NCBI GenBank assembly: GCA_040285825.1
Contig: JAUPSS010000002.1
Location: forward strand, 3,224,001 to 3,288,000
DNA: 64,000 bases
DNA from: Eukaryota sp. TZLM1-RC
Lineage: Eukaryota; Protista; Metamonada: BaSk clade
Direction: 5' to 3'
Shown here: positions 47,306 through 58,663 of the stretch, in pieces
Layout of the letters: each line of letters opens with the position of its first letter
Numbering within the stretch: position 1 is the first letter of the stretch
The notes under the pieces: generated by a model
The model's database searches: none
What the model was told of the DNA's origin: nothing
What the model saw: only the letters and a program-made list of their open reading frames with translations
Position numbers and translations under genes: made by a program

Positions 47306-47484
47306 CTGTAATGTTCGAAAAGTTTACTTCAAATTAAGTAAGTATAAGACATCAAAAAGAATAAAAATAAAATAAACAAAATAAAACAATAATTAATTTA
47401 TAAAAATAGATATAAATACAGAGAAACAAAAATTAACAATGATAAAGTACAAAAAACAAATTCAATTATTTAAAAAAACAAGAA

Positions 47485-49620
47485 TTAAATAAAATAAAAT
47501 TCAGAATAGTTTAATAATGTTAAAAGTGCATCGACACCCAGCGAAAATTCTCGTTGATTGAGCTCTTCTAAATTACCAATCAAATTTTTGAGCGCTAGAT
47601 CAAAATCAGAACCAATCAGTTTCAGATTATTGACTGCATAATCATAGTCCATCAATTCGTGCCCGGTTGAATACATTCTGTCAACAAATCTACAAAAAAC
47701 ATCAACTTTCTCCACAGCAAATGAAATACTCTTGAATACATCCCTCGACGTTAATAGACACTTCCTCAAAACTCCATCAACAAAATTCTTAACAACAATC
47801 TGGATTTCTTTTGGACTTTGACACGTATTAAGTTCATTGAGAACAGTTCTCCAAGCAGGTTCAATTGTACTGACAGAACAGTATTGGCTGAGAGATTGGA
47901 TAAAGTGTAGCATTTGCTGTCTGTACTTCAACACACCTCTGAAAAAATCAGACTTTGCAATGAATTCTTCTTCATTTTCTTCTGTTTTCTTTCTGAACTG
48001 TGGACTTCTGAACATAGAGTCATAAGTCCAAAGATTCATAATTAAACGTTCCGAATACCTTAGATTCAGAAAATGTCGAAATAATAGTGATAGTTTTTGC
48101 ATCACTAAAACATCAAAAACAATATTCAAAGGAAACTCCACGTCAACTTTGATTGTCATTGCTTGCAAGGCGGTCAATTTACGTCTTTGGTCAACAGAAG
48201 TCTTGACAAATTGACCTACAGAGATATCACCAACATTACTCGCCTGAAGTGAATTAATGGCTGTCAAATGTCCTGTTATTGAATACTGAAGCATTTCAAC
48301 TTTAGGAATATTTTTTGCATTTTGCTTATGATTACCAATGATTTCAAGTAAAAGGGAAAGTCTTTCAGGGTCAATGGACTCGCAAGGACTCATCAAATCA
48401 TTGATGGAAAGTTCTAGAAAGTTTAAAACCCATTCCCCTGACCCTAAAAGGAAATAATGATGAACTGTGTCAGTTAAAAACTCAATCAAACCACAATCAA
48501 AAATTGATAGAGTTGCCATTTTAGATGTCCATTTTAAACTGTCAGATATTATACCAGAAAAAGCTCTTAGATTGGGTCTAGGAGGGTTGGTTGGATCCAA
48601 ACGAAATAGCAATGGTGATCTTTTATCTAGGTCAAAATTGGGATCAAAAATGTCAGAAAAAGGGTCAAGATAACGTGATTGATATGCAATCATGACGTAG
48701 TTGCCGCAGTCAAGAATTTGATTGGCCACTGTTTGCAGAAAATTTGGCACTCTTTCAGTTTTCAGAGCATAATTTCCTTGTCTTTCTTTTACAATGAAAA
48801 ATTCATCAAATGGATCTTCCAATTGCCCAAAGCATAGAAATTTCTTTAAAATAGTGCAGAAGGGCACCATTGCTGACGCAACAATGCTTTCAAAAACACT
48901 CCAGCTCTCGTCTCCCTTGAATTCAAATGACTTCTGTAACAGACGGTCAAAAAACACGTCATTATCGACTGTAGATAGGTCAGAAAAAGCCTGACTTAAC
49001 TTGACAAGTACTACTTTGTGCGATGAAAAATTTGCAATCATTTTTGATAGAGTCACGTTACCAATAACGTCATCTAATTGAGCAATCATTAAATCAAAAT
49101 CATTGAGATAGGCGTTGAGCGCAGCTGCCGTAGCATGAATTATGGAATTGAATCCATAGGCTGAACGAGAGGAAGTGAATCGCCGCAGAAAAAGAACAGA
49201 TGACACAAGAGGAAGGCTATATGAAAGAAGTGAGGTAAGGGAAGAATCAGCAGAGAGGCAGGATGGTGTGAGTGAGCATTTCACGTGAAGAGAGGGGGAA
49301 GGTGACGGGTCAAAGGAGATGAAAGGGTTGTGATGGCCTAGGAGTGCAGAGAGGAGGGCTTTGGAAAGGAGAGATTCCTGGGAAGGGAGTGGGATCTTGG
49401 AGAGAGGGACGTCTGGTATGGCAGGGAGGGGTTCAGATAGGAAGGAGGGAATGTCAGCAAATGTGAGTGGGGCAGCCCATTCAGGAACGAGTGATGAATG
49501 TTCATTCTGTGGAACCTTGGATTCAAGCAAAGGAGAATGAGCTGAGAGGGGTTTACGAGGACCAGACAGCTTCTCTGTTAATTGTCGGTGTATAGTACGT
49601 GGAGAGTGGACTGATGCCAT
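47485..49620 (-). CDS. TUBGCP2: Gamma-tubulin complex component, GCP2/Spc97-like
   Basis: GQLEDPFDEFFI, VPNFL...ILDCGNY, HYFLLGSGEW, FPLNIV...LFRHFL, MLHFIQSL..Y...IEPAW (GRIP1/GRIP2 domains). Confidence 0.85.
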   Translation of the reverse strand: MASVHSPRTIHRQLTEKLSGPRKPLSAHSPLLESKVPQNEHSSLVPEWAAPLTFADIPSFLSEPLPAIPDVPLSKIPLPSQESLLSKALLSALLGHHNPFISFDPSPSPSLHVKCSLTPSCLSADSSLTSLLSYSLPLVSSVLFLRRFTSSRSAYGFNSIIHATAAALNAYLNDFDLMIAQLDDVIGNVTLSKMIANFSSHKVVLVKLSQAFSDLSTVDNDVFFDRLLQKSFEFKGDESWSVFESIVASAMVPFCTILKKFLCFGQLEDPFDEFFIVKERQGNYALKTERVPNFLQTVANQILDCGNYVMIAYQSRYLDPFSDIFDPNFDLDKRSPLLFRLDPTNPPRPNLRAFSGIISDSLKWTSKMATLSIFDCGLIEFLTDTVHHYFLLGSGEWVLNFLELSINDLMSPCESIDPERLSLLLEIIGNHKQNAKNIPKVEMLQYSITGHLTAINSLQASNVGDISVGQFVKTSVDQRRKLTALQAMTIKVDVEFPLNIVFDVLVMQKLSLLFRHFLNLRYSERLIMNLWTYDSMFRSPQFRKKTEENEEEFIAKSDFFRGVLKYRQQMLHFIQSLSQYCSVSTIEPAWRTVLNELNTCQSPKEIQIVVKNFVDGVLRKCLLTSRDVFKSISFAVEKVDVFCRFVDRMYSTGHELMDYDYAVNNLKLIGSDFDLALKNLIGNLEELNQREFSLGVDALLTLLNYSEFYFI

Positions 49621-49799
49621 TCTGACAGATATTGATTATATTGTATTTTACCTGTAACAAACTCATATGTCTTCACCACAAAATGTCCTCACCCATCCCC
49701 CTTCTTGACCTAGTATTTTCAGTTGTATAAGCGTTTAATTAACAGCGTTTGTAAAGTCGAGATTAAAATAAAGTAATTTTTTTCTGCATTAAAAGAAGT

Positions 49800-50450
49800 A
49801 TCAGAGGCAAGAGCAGCAACAGAAGCACCATCGATTGTTTATATTCCAAATTGCTGAGGATTCAAAAATTTAGAAGCTTTGTCTTTGGCTCGAACAAACG
49901 AGATAAAGATTCACCAACAGCAATTGGGCGTATTCCATCAGGTTTAATTCCATTACCAGGCTTTACTAAAGCAATCAAACGTGTAGCTAGTAATTCACAA
50001 GGAGGATAATTAATTTTCACAACAGTTAATTGTGGAAAATAATGGGCAAGATCTATGGCAGCACTGGAGCACGCTATTTTCAACAGATCAAAATAAATTC
50101 CAGATGGGCCTGTAGCTTTTTCTTTTGGTAGTTTATTGATAGCTTTAAAAACTTCAATTGCAGAAATTGGATATTCAATCCTAAAAGGACAAAAAATAGC
50201 CATCTACACTTGAAATTTTCTTGAAGATGCTACTTTTGAAGTTTTTCAACAATTTCAGAATATGCATCAGCCAAAGAAGAGGAAAACAAAGACTTTTTTG
50301 CAGCTCCATAACAACCACGTAAGCACAACTTTCGGATAACTTTTGATTTTACAATTGTTCTTATTCCAAAGTTTGCTTTTAAAACATTTTTTGTATTTCC
50401 TAACAAAATAGACATCAAAGATTATTGTTTTCAGAAGGGGAAGGAGAGTG
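49800..50450 (-). mobile_element. CRE-like retrotransposon RT N-terminal fragment
   Basis: KATGPSG, RLIALVKP, GIRPIAVGESLSRL. Confidence 0.85.
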
Positions 50451-51624
50451 AACACCAGAAGCTTTTAAGTGAAGATCGTCAGAATAATTGTTTCAGCACA
50501 ATTCAAATCGACATCAACTGGAATGGAACATTGGAGAATTTGTTGAGCAGAATATAATTCATCATTTTTGTTTTTCAGGACAAGGTCTCGAATTATGACA
50601 TCTGATACCACAAATCGAACAATTTTTAGAACCTTTCAAACATTTTGGTTGGGATCCAAGATTTAAAGGAACCATTTTTTCTTTTTGTTCTTGCGAATAT
50701 TCATCAACTGACTCGTTTTTTTGAATAGGAGAAAGAAACACAACATGCGACCCATGATTAACATTGGGAGTAGTTCTTGCAGTTTTTCGAATTTTAGAAG
50801 ATGAAAACAGTTTTGCAGAACTGAATTTGTTGAATGAACGTGCAGCAGAACGTAAAGAGGGAAATTGTGGATTAAAAGGAGTGGAATTAATATTTTTTGT
50901 GATTATTTTTGTCTTTCAAGATGTTTATTTTATAAATACTATACATGTTTATCCAATTTTATTCAATTCAAACTTTCCACTAGACGATTATTTAAATTTT
51001 ATTCCATCACTGAATCAAGACTGCTTACTTTCATTCATCTGCATTTTTGTGATATAAAGAAGATCAGGTCTCATCTCGGTCACAATCACTAGATAGTTTA
51101 CAAGATGATTTGTGTAATAAGATAAATTGCATAAACATCATAACGATCTAGGAAAGCAAGTAAGGGGTTAACAAAACTATTGATAATTGAATCAGCTCTC
51201 CATTTAGGCTAATATATCTCGGGAATTAGATATCTTGGAGAACTGCATAAAATGTGGCATAATGTTACTAGTCCCGAATGACTTACTAAAAACACTTTGA
51301 ACAATAGGTTAAATCCATTAGGCATTTTCCAACAAATTTTCCATTGAAGGATTTTAGTTGTAGGTATAACAAAAATTGCTATAACTGTTTAATTATTTAT
51401 TGTTTTTCTACAACAAAAAGTTGAAATTAACGTTTTGCATCATTCCCCATTCAATATCTTGAGTTTCAACTATTTATTGTAAAAATTTCCTCAAATCAAA
51501 TCCTTGTTGAACAAGTTTGTCAAACTCAGAATTAGAACAATTAAAAATAAATAAATTGAGAGAAATCTAACATCCTAACCCAATATCGAGATAGTACTCG
51601 GCTTATATTGCAGTTCAAGAAAGA

Positions 51625-52257
51625 TCATTTACGAAGTTTTAACACCAACCACAGGACAACCAATACTATTACGATAAGAAACACAACAAAAACAAAATCC
51701 TGCTTTAAACGTCTACGAGTGCTTCTGACCATATTACCTCCAATTCTAGTAATACTATTCATTGATTTAAGTTTGTTTGTAATGGCACTCATCCATTCTC
51801 TCTGTTGTATTAATGAAGACAGAGAAGACTTGCTAGACTCTATGAATTCGTTAGTCATTCTCAACGATGAATGCAAGCTCCTCGCTTCATCTGCCTCGTC
51901 TACTAATAGTTTAACATCATCTGAAGCATCCACTGAACCAAAAAGTTCCTTGCGTTGTTGTCTTCGAGATTGTTCTTCCCTCGCTTTACGTATTTGTGTG
52001 TTCATGTTGTCCCAGTTCGTCACTAGAGTGTTTATCTTCGTTCGCCATATAACACGCTGATGTTCCGGTAGATTGGGTAATTCAGCTTCTAGCTGGACAA
52101 GTATACCACTGATGGCATGAAGTTGTGAATGCAGGGTTGCAGAGGAATCTTCTATATCGGAATCAGAGTAACATACCTGAAGAAACTTGTTGAGTTCCAA
52201 AGCAGCCTTTGAGGAGTGTAACTGTGCTTTCGCGTATAGAGACTGTATGGTTGTCAT
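51625..52257 (-). CDS. Qb-SNARE, membrin/Bos1 (GOSR2)-like
   Basis: Three-helix N-terminus, SNARE heptads (SLIQQRE), RRRLKQD followed by a C-terminal TM anchor; 210 aa. Confidence 0.82.
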   Translation of the reverse strand: MTTIQSLYAKAQLHSSKAALELNKFLQVCYSDSDIEDSSATLHSQLHAISGILVQLEAELPNLPEHQRVIWRTKINTLVTNWDNMNTQIRKAREEQSRRQQRKELFGSVDASDDVKLLVDEADEARSLHSSLRMTNEFIESSKSSLSSLIQQREWMSAITNKLKSMNSITRIGGNMVRSTRRRLKQDFVFVVFLIVIVLVVLWLVLKLRK

Positions 52258-52514
52258 AAAGTCGAGGAATAATGTTTATTTTAGGGAATTATTGTCTTAA
52301 GAAGGGGGAAAATGGTTTCACTTTTTTGCAATAATTGCGAAACCAAACCAAAACCAAACTGTTTTGCTTTTTTTAAACCTCGTTTTTTTACCCACATTGC
52401 TCAGCTTTTTAAGCCAAGTTGCCTTATTTTCATATAAATCCTTCTCAAAAATTTTATAATCAATAATCTCTGTATTTATTTTATAAATTATTTAATTTAT
52501 TGAGATAAGAATCA

Positions 52515-52690
52515 AAGTCATCTAGAATTCAATATCCACCAAACAAGCATCACTTTTACTAGACCTACTCACAGCATTACGTTCATATTCTACACCAATA
52601 GCTTAAAGTACCTTTGAAATCATTTTTGGAATAGACTTGAAAATGCAAAAAACAACTCTGTTTAACCAGAAAGTGGAATTCATTGTCTGG
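52515..52690 (-). mobile_element. Short RLE 3'-end fragment
   Basis: FWLNRVVFCIFKSIPKM...VDIEF*, as in other copies. Confidence 0.65.
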
Positions 52691-54299
52691 AATTCATTTA
52701 TTGGTGTGTATCTCTGTATTAGGAAATGTATTCAATTCCATACTTGATGATTACAACTCCTGACCAAATGTGATCACACTTGTAGTGTTAATTTTGGTAA
52801 ACAATATTACTAATATAAATTTATTAATCTTTGTACTGACAATAAAAATTCAAAACTAAACCTAGGACGGTCTTCTGCAGACTTTATCAACTTTTTTTTG
52901 ATGCTTGACCAATCCAAATCAATTTCCTCTTCTAGAATATCTTCGTTTCCAACGACTTCACCTGGATCTGAACGATGATTTCATTGGGAGATGCAGAATT
53001 CAGTGAACAGCTGTAAGCGGAAGAAGAAGACATTGTGGTTGCTTATAACCTTGCTTTTAACCTTGCTTGAAGTTGTTTAATGTACTTCAACTTCATGTAT
53101 ACTTTAGATTTCTAGATTTTTCTATATCAAACAAATTGTAATTTAGTGTTCTTGTGGAAAAATATCCTGAGACAAAATGTTGGACTGGTGCAACAAGCAA
53201 TTAAATTTCCTCTTAATTAACAACAAGATTGTATTTTAACTTTGAGTTTTTGGTTTGGTTTCGGTTTTTCCCTTGAACAAACCAAAACCAAAACCAAAAC
53301 CAAACCAACAATCCAATAACGAAAAACCATTTGCAACCTAGTCTTTAGTTTTAAATTAAGAGAAATTTCTATGTACAAAAAGTTACTAATTGTTCCTCCC
53401 ATATTTTTGCAAAAATACAGTGGAGGAAAGAAATTGAAAAATTACCCTTATCTATCACTACGAAACTGAACTGTTTTCAAGAACCGGGTCTACACATTAT
53501 GGTTAATGTACAAAATCCTAATGAGAGAAACACCAAGACCTCTAACTCTAAACAACTATTACAAATAGTAAAAAAGCAGGCATGTGCTAGTTTCGTTAAC
53601 TTTAGTTGTGAGTTGGTTCAAATTTTTCATTACTATTGTTTTATTTACAATGAATGTATGAAGACTTAACGCATCCTGTCGTAAACCTAAAACTCGTTTG
53701 ATCTGTCTGCTGCTTTTCAAAGCCTAGTTCAATGTGTGTGATCTACACGAAAGAAATTGAATATGATTCATTTTTTGACTAATTTCAAAAACAGTACGAC
53801 CTAATAGATATAAGTATCTTTGTAGGTTTGACATTTTTAGAGGAATTAATCTGATGGCTTCTTTTTCAACCTTCACAAAATTATCTCAGTTGTTGTTTTC
53901 AGATTTGTATATGTCAATAATCCTTGTGTTTTTTTGAAGTATACATATATTATTCAAACATAATTGTAAAACACTGAAAATCTATTTCCTCAAACTCCGC
54001 ATCTACTATTCACAATTGACCTACAGCATTTTCGTCATAAAATTCTCCTAGTGATAACAACGAGATAGAAATAAGGCTATACATTCCCTTAAAAATAAAA
54101 AAATACAATTCTGTTATGCCAAAACGTTCGGTCAAATATTCTCCCAGTTGTATTTTTGACAATAGATGAGAAATCGTCCAAAAAGGATAACGTTTTTAGT
54201 GTTGAGATCAAGATTGTAGATCACAACTCTTGACCAATTTTGATCACGTTTCTAGTGAAAAATTTAATAAAGGGTTTCAATTATTAGAAATTGAAGTAA

Positions 54300-56519
54300 A
54301 TGAAACAAATAATAAATGAACAAATAGCACTACCAATGCCAAACATTCAAGCTCTCAAAGGACATCCTCTTGCTGTTGCTGTCAGTGTTGCACTAGAGCG
54401 CTGCAACAAGGCTTCTCTCATCAACCTTAACCCCTCTCTTCACACGCCCCTTCAATGGGATAGACCATCGGGCACTTTATTTGATTTCATCTCGATTCTC
54501 CATGCAATCGATCCCTCTCTTTTTCCACAAAAAGACCTCTCTACTATCTACAACATTGCCAACATATCCTCAAAACTCAACAAAGCTGCCCGTCTCCATC
54601 TTGCCCATGTATCGGAGCTCTCTGTTATTTCTCCCGATCTTGTCAACGATTCTCTCAACTCCATAACCTCTACTCTTTCTTCTCTCCAATCATATCTCCC
54701 TACTTCTCTTCCTTCTACCACCGATCTCACCGCTGCCGATCTCATCATTTTTTCATCCATATTTCCGTTCTTCTCATTTTCATCTACTTTCTACCCACAT
54801 GCATCCACCTTCCCACACCTCTCTAACTATTTCTCTCACTTGACATCCCTCTCTGTCATTCACAGTGCCATGACCCTCTCCTGTCCACTTCCTGAACTTC
54901 TCCTCTCCTCTCTCCGCCAAACTCTTACTGTTTCACCCCATGAACAAGTCTCCCATACCATAACCAAAGCAAGTAAACAACCCGTGTACATCTCCACCCC
55001 CATTTATTACGTGAACGGCACTCCTCACATTGGTCATGTGTACACCACGCTCCTTTGCGATGTTGTGAGTAGATGGTATAAAACACGTGGTGATGACGTG
55101 TACTTTCAGACAGGTACTGACGAGCACGGTCAAAAAGTTGCCCAGACAGCTGAACAGAGAGGGATTACACCAAAGGAAATGTGTGACGAGATTTCAACCA
55201 ATTTCCGGTCAGTTTTTGACCTCTTCGACTTTAATTATGATCGTTTTATTCGTACTACTGATGAAGATCACGAAAAAGCGGTCATTCACATGTGGAACTT
55301 GCTCTACAACAATGGTCACATCTACAAGGGTGTTCATGAAGGGTGGTATGCTGTCAGTGATGAAGCCTTCCTTACAGAAAGCCAAGTAGAAGATAAAGAA
55401 GTTGATGGAAAGGTTGTGAAGGTCAGCAAGGAGAGTGGTAATGTTGTGGTCCGGTTTAAAGAAGAAAACTACATGTTCAGATTATCCAGTTTTCAAGATA
55501 AATTATTGGAATTTTATAATAATAATGCTGAATTTATTGTACCGAAATACCGTCATTCTGAAGTGGTGGCGTTCATTTCTTCTGGGTTGCAAGATATTTC
55601 GGTGTCAAGAGCTAATGTTAAATGGGGAATTCCAGTTCCTAATGATCCAAGCCACACTATTTACGTTTGGATTGATGCTCTCACCAATTACCTAACTGGG
55701 ACTGGTTTCCCTAGCAAATCACCCTCTTGGCCTTGTGACTATCACGTTTTAGGTAAGGATATCACTCGATTCCACGCTATCTATTGGCCTGCAATGTTGA
55801 TGGGTGCTGGTATTGAGTTGCCAAAGAAGCTTGTAGTCCACGGTTGGTGGACCGCCAACAAGGCTAAGATTTCCAAATCATTAGGTAATGTTTTTGATCC
55901 GATTGAAGTAGCAAACATTCATGGTCTAGACTCTTTAAGGTACTTTTTATGTAGAGAAGCTTCCTTGTCCTCTGATGGTGATTATAGTGAGTTTTCAATG
56001 GTTGCTAGAAAGAATGCTGATTTGGCTGATTCGTTTGGTAATTTGGTTTGCAGAGCTTTATCACCCGCTCTTAATAAAGAGCAGAAAATACCTGTTTGTG
56101 GGCAGCTTACAGTTGCTGATCAGGAAGTTGCTGACGTGGTTTCTGACCTGGTCAATGTTTTTGACCTTCACATGATTGCTTTCAACACTCAGAATGCTTT
56201 GAAGGAAGTTTTCAGAGTTGTTGGTGTTTTGAATAAGTACATTATGGATCAAGCACCCTGGAAATTGTTGAAACAGGAAGGTACACGTGATAGGGTCGAT
56301 ACAATTCTTTACGTTTTGATTGAATCACTTCGATTGATTGGTTGCTGTTTGTGGTGTGTCATGCCTTCTACTATTGATCTCATGTTTGATCAGTTGGGAG
56401 TTCCTCAAAATTTGAGAAATGGGGTTGAAAATTTCAAATTTGGACTTTTACCGTGTGGTTTGGAATTTGGTAGTGATAGGAAGATTTTGTTTGAAAAAAG
56501 CGTTTTAAAGTCGGTTTAG
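54300..56519 (+). CDS. metG: Methionyl-tRNA synthetase (MetRS1-type) with an N-terminal GST-like extension
   Basis: TPIYYVNGTPHIGH, GTDEHGQK, YVWIDAL, GKDITRFHAIYWP, KISKS; the start may be the second ATG (MPNIQ). Confidence 0.96.
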   Translation: MKQIINEQIALPMPNIQALKGHPLAVAVSVALERCNKASLINLNPSLHTPLQWDRPSGTLFDFISILHAIDPSLFPQKDLSTIYNIANISSKLNKAARLHLAHVSELSVISPDLVNDSLNSITSTLSSLQSYLPTSLPSTTDLTAADLIIFSSIFPFFSFSSTFYPHASTFPHLSNYFSHLTSLSVIHSAMTLSCPLPELLLSSLRQTLTVSPHEQVSHTITKASKQPVYISTPIYYVNGTPHIGHVYTTLLCDVVSRWYKTRGDDVYFQTGTDEHGQKVAQTAEQRGITPKEMCDEISTNFRSVFDLFDFNYDRFIRTTDEDHEKAVIHMWNLLYNNGHIYKGVHEGWYAVSDEAFLTESQVEDKEVDGKVVKVSKESGNVVVRFKEENYMFRLSSFQDKLLEFYNNNAEFIVPKYRHSEVVAFISSGLQDISVSRANVKWGIPVPNDPSHTIYVWIDALTNYLTGTGFPSKSPSWPCDYHVLGKDITRFHAIYWPAMLMGAGIELPKKLVVHGWWTANKAKISKSLGNVFDPIEVANIHGLDSLRYFLCREASLSSDGDYSEFSMVARKNADLADSFGNLVCRALSPALNKEQKIPVCGQLTVADQEVADVVSDLVNVFDLHMIAFNTQNALKEVFRVVGVLNKYIMDQAPWKLLKQEGTRDRVDTILYVLIESLRLIGCCLWCVMPSTIDLMFDQLGVPQNLRNGVENFKFGLLPCGLEFGSDRKILFEKSVLKSV

Positions 56520-57029
56520 TTAATAAATTAGTTTTAGTTTTATATTTTTATTGATTTAATTCGTGGTATTTTCTACTTCCTCAATTGCAGTAATTGATGT
56601 ACTTGTAGATGATTTAGTTACAGAGAGTTACAGTGCAACACCTGATAATCACAATTTATATCAACATTTATCTGACTGCTGAAGAAGAGAAAGAAAAAAC
56701 TAACATCATTATTAGTTAAAATTAAATAATTCAGTTCATATGGCAGTTTATCACTTTTTTCCCATAATACACATTTCAAAGCACCTTGGTTTTAAACCAA
56801 GTGCTACATTGAACTATTGATTTAAAGATTTAAAGGTCGTGTTCAGTGATAAGTAATTTTCATTTTAGGGCAAAAAAGCATTATTTTTACAAACATTATC
56901 AATGGTAAACCAAAAACTTCGTCTTTTGGCTAATCAAACCCATTCAAGTCAATGATGGAAGATTTTCGTGATTGTTTCTACTCAAAAGTTGATAAACTGA
57001 GTAACAATATATTAAATAGAGCCAATATA

Positions 57030-58290
57030 AGAGCCGGTGTTTCAAGGGTTTTATTGGATGTAGAACCAGGAATGTTGAAAAGTCACTTATTTTCTTCAGC
57101 AAATTTGGGTGGTATTGGATTTACTAAGTCTTCAATTTTGTGTCAATCAGCATTCTTGGGTGGTGGCAAAAATTCTATTTATGAATTTTCTCGTAGATTT
57201 CGTAATGATTCTCATCTGTCAGTTCCCAATTGCAGTCCATATTTGTTTGAGTTATCTTGTGAACTTGAAAAATTGCCGCCACAAATTTGGACCAAATGTT
57301 TTCCTCAATCAATTCAAGAAATTCCAAACCGATCTCTTTTTAATTTACAGTTTTGATGTAAAAAGCTTCAACAAAAATTGTCAAAGATTTTTGAAAGCTT
57401 GGATTTTGATGTTAGACTTGGCTTGGCCAAGAAAAAGAATCCCGCTTTTGCAAATCTTTTACAAGATATGTGTGACAGTACTTCTTCTGCCTTAGTAACA
57501 ACAATTGAACAAGTTTATGGTACTCTCTTATCCGATTCTGCTTGGACTCTGAATATGAGATTTCGTTCCTTTATCTGGCCTGATAATTTACCTCATAATT
57601 TAATTTGTAAATGTTCTCGAGAAATTACAACTACTCATTTGTTAAATTGTAAACATTTTATTACTTTTAGAAGCAAGGTTCATGATGCTGTAAGAGACCA
57701 GTTATATTGTATGTGTAAATCTCATAGAATTGAATCCTTCTTGGAACCTCTGTTGTCAAATCTGTTTGATGCTGAAGATGATTTTCATAAGAATAATAGA
57801 GGTGATGTTATATTACCTGGATTAGATGGAAGTTTCATTTTATTGGATGTAATGTCTGTTGATCCTTGTAATGCCTCAAATGAAAGGCTAGTTAATTCTG
57901 AAATTCATAATCTCCTTTCAAATGCTGAAAATTTTAAATTCAAAAAATACAATAAACCTTTGTCTAAATTGGCCAGTCTACAGCATGCAAAATACAATTT
58001 GTATCCATTTGTATTTTCCCTTTTTGGTTCACTTGCACCAACTGCTTTACGTTTTTTGGATGATTTTGAAATGATTGTAAAGAGAAGAACTGGCAGAAAT
58101 TTCAACAGATTGTTTTGGCAAAATAGAATTGTGTTTTCTATTTTTAAGGGGATGTTGAAGATGGTTGCTGATGCTTTGCTTTCTCTTGGATCTCACTATG
58201 AGAGAGTTGCATCTAGTGTTTTTGTTCTGAGAGAGATGGATTTTTTAGATGTTGATTTATAGGTTTTGAATAAAATTAAAATTTTGTAAA
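57030..58290 (+). mobile_element. 5'-truncated CRE-like RLE retrotransposon
   Basis: LGGIGF, CKC..HLLNC, HDAVRD, NRGD, LLDVM, AENFKFKKY, PFVFSLFG; AATAAA tail. Confidence 0.9.
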
Positions 58291-58663
58291 AAAAGTTCAA
58301 TTAAAAAAAAGTTTTTCAAGGGAAGTTGAAATAATAGAAAAATTGGGATTTTGTAATTTTGTATCGTGTAAAGGAAAGTAAATCATAATTGGTGACAAGT
58401 AGATAAGACAATAAACTAAATTATGAAAACTGGGGACTGTCTTCAAAAACCCAAACCAATTCTATTCAATCAGTGGGAGTAATATCAGTCAGATTGTAAA
58501 ATCCTGGATACAAGCATCAAACACAACAGCCTTTCACAAACATGGTTGCCAAAATCAACTATCTAATCACTGCTTATTAGAATCAACTTAAAATACCCAG
58601 TATTTGAAGATAAATTGTTAAAAATAGTAATAGTTACCCGTTACAACCCAAAGAATCAACTTA

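Noticed and set aside
53279-53307. Telomeric repeat or CRISPR-like array
   Set aside because: Only a few imperfect AAAACC units, internal, with no spacers; no CRISPR array, tRNA or rRNA was recognised anywhere in the window
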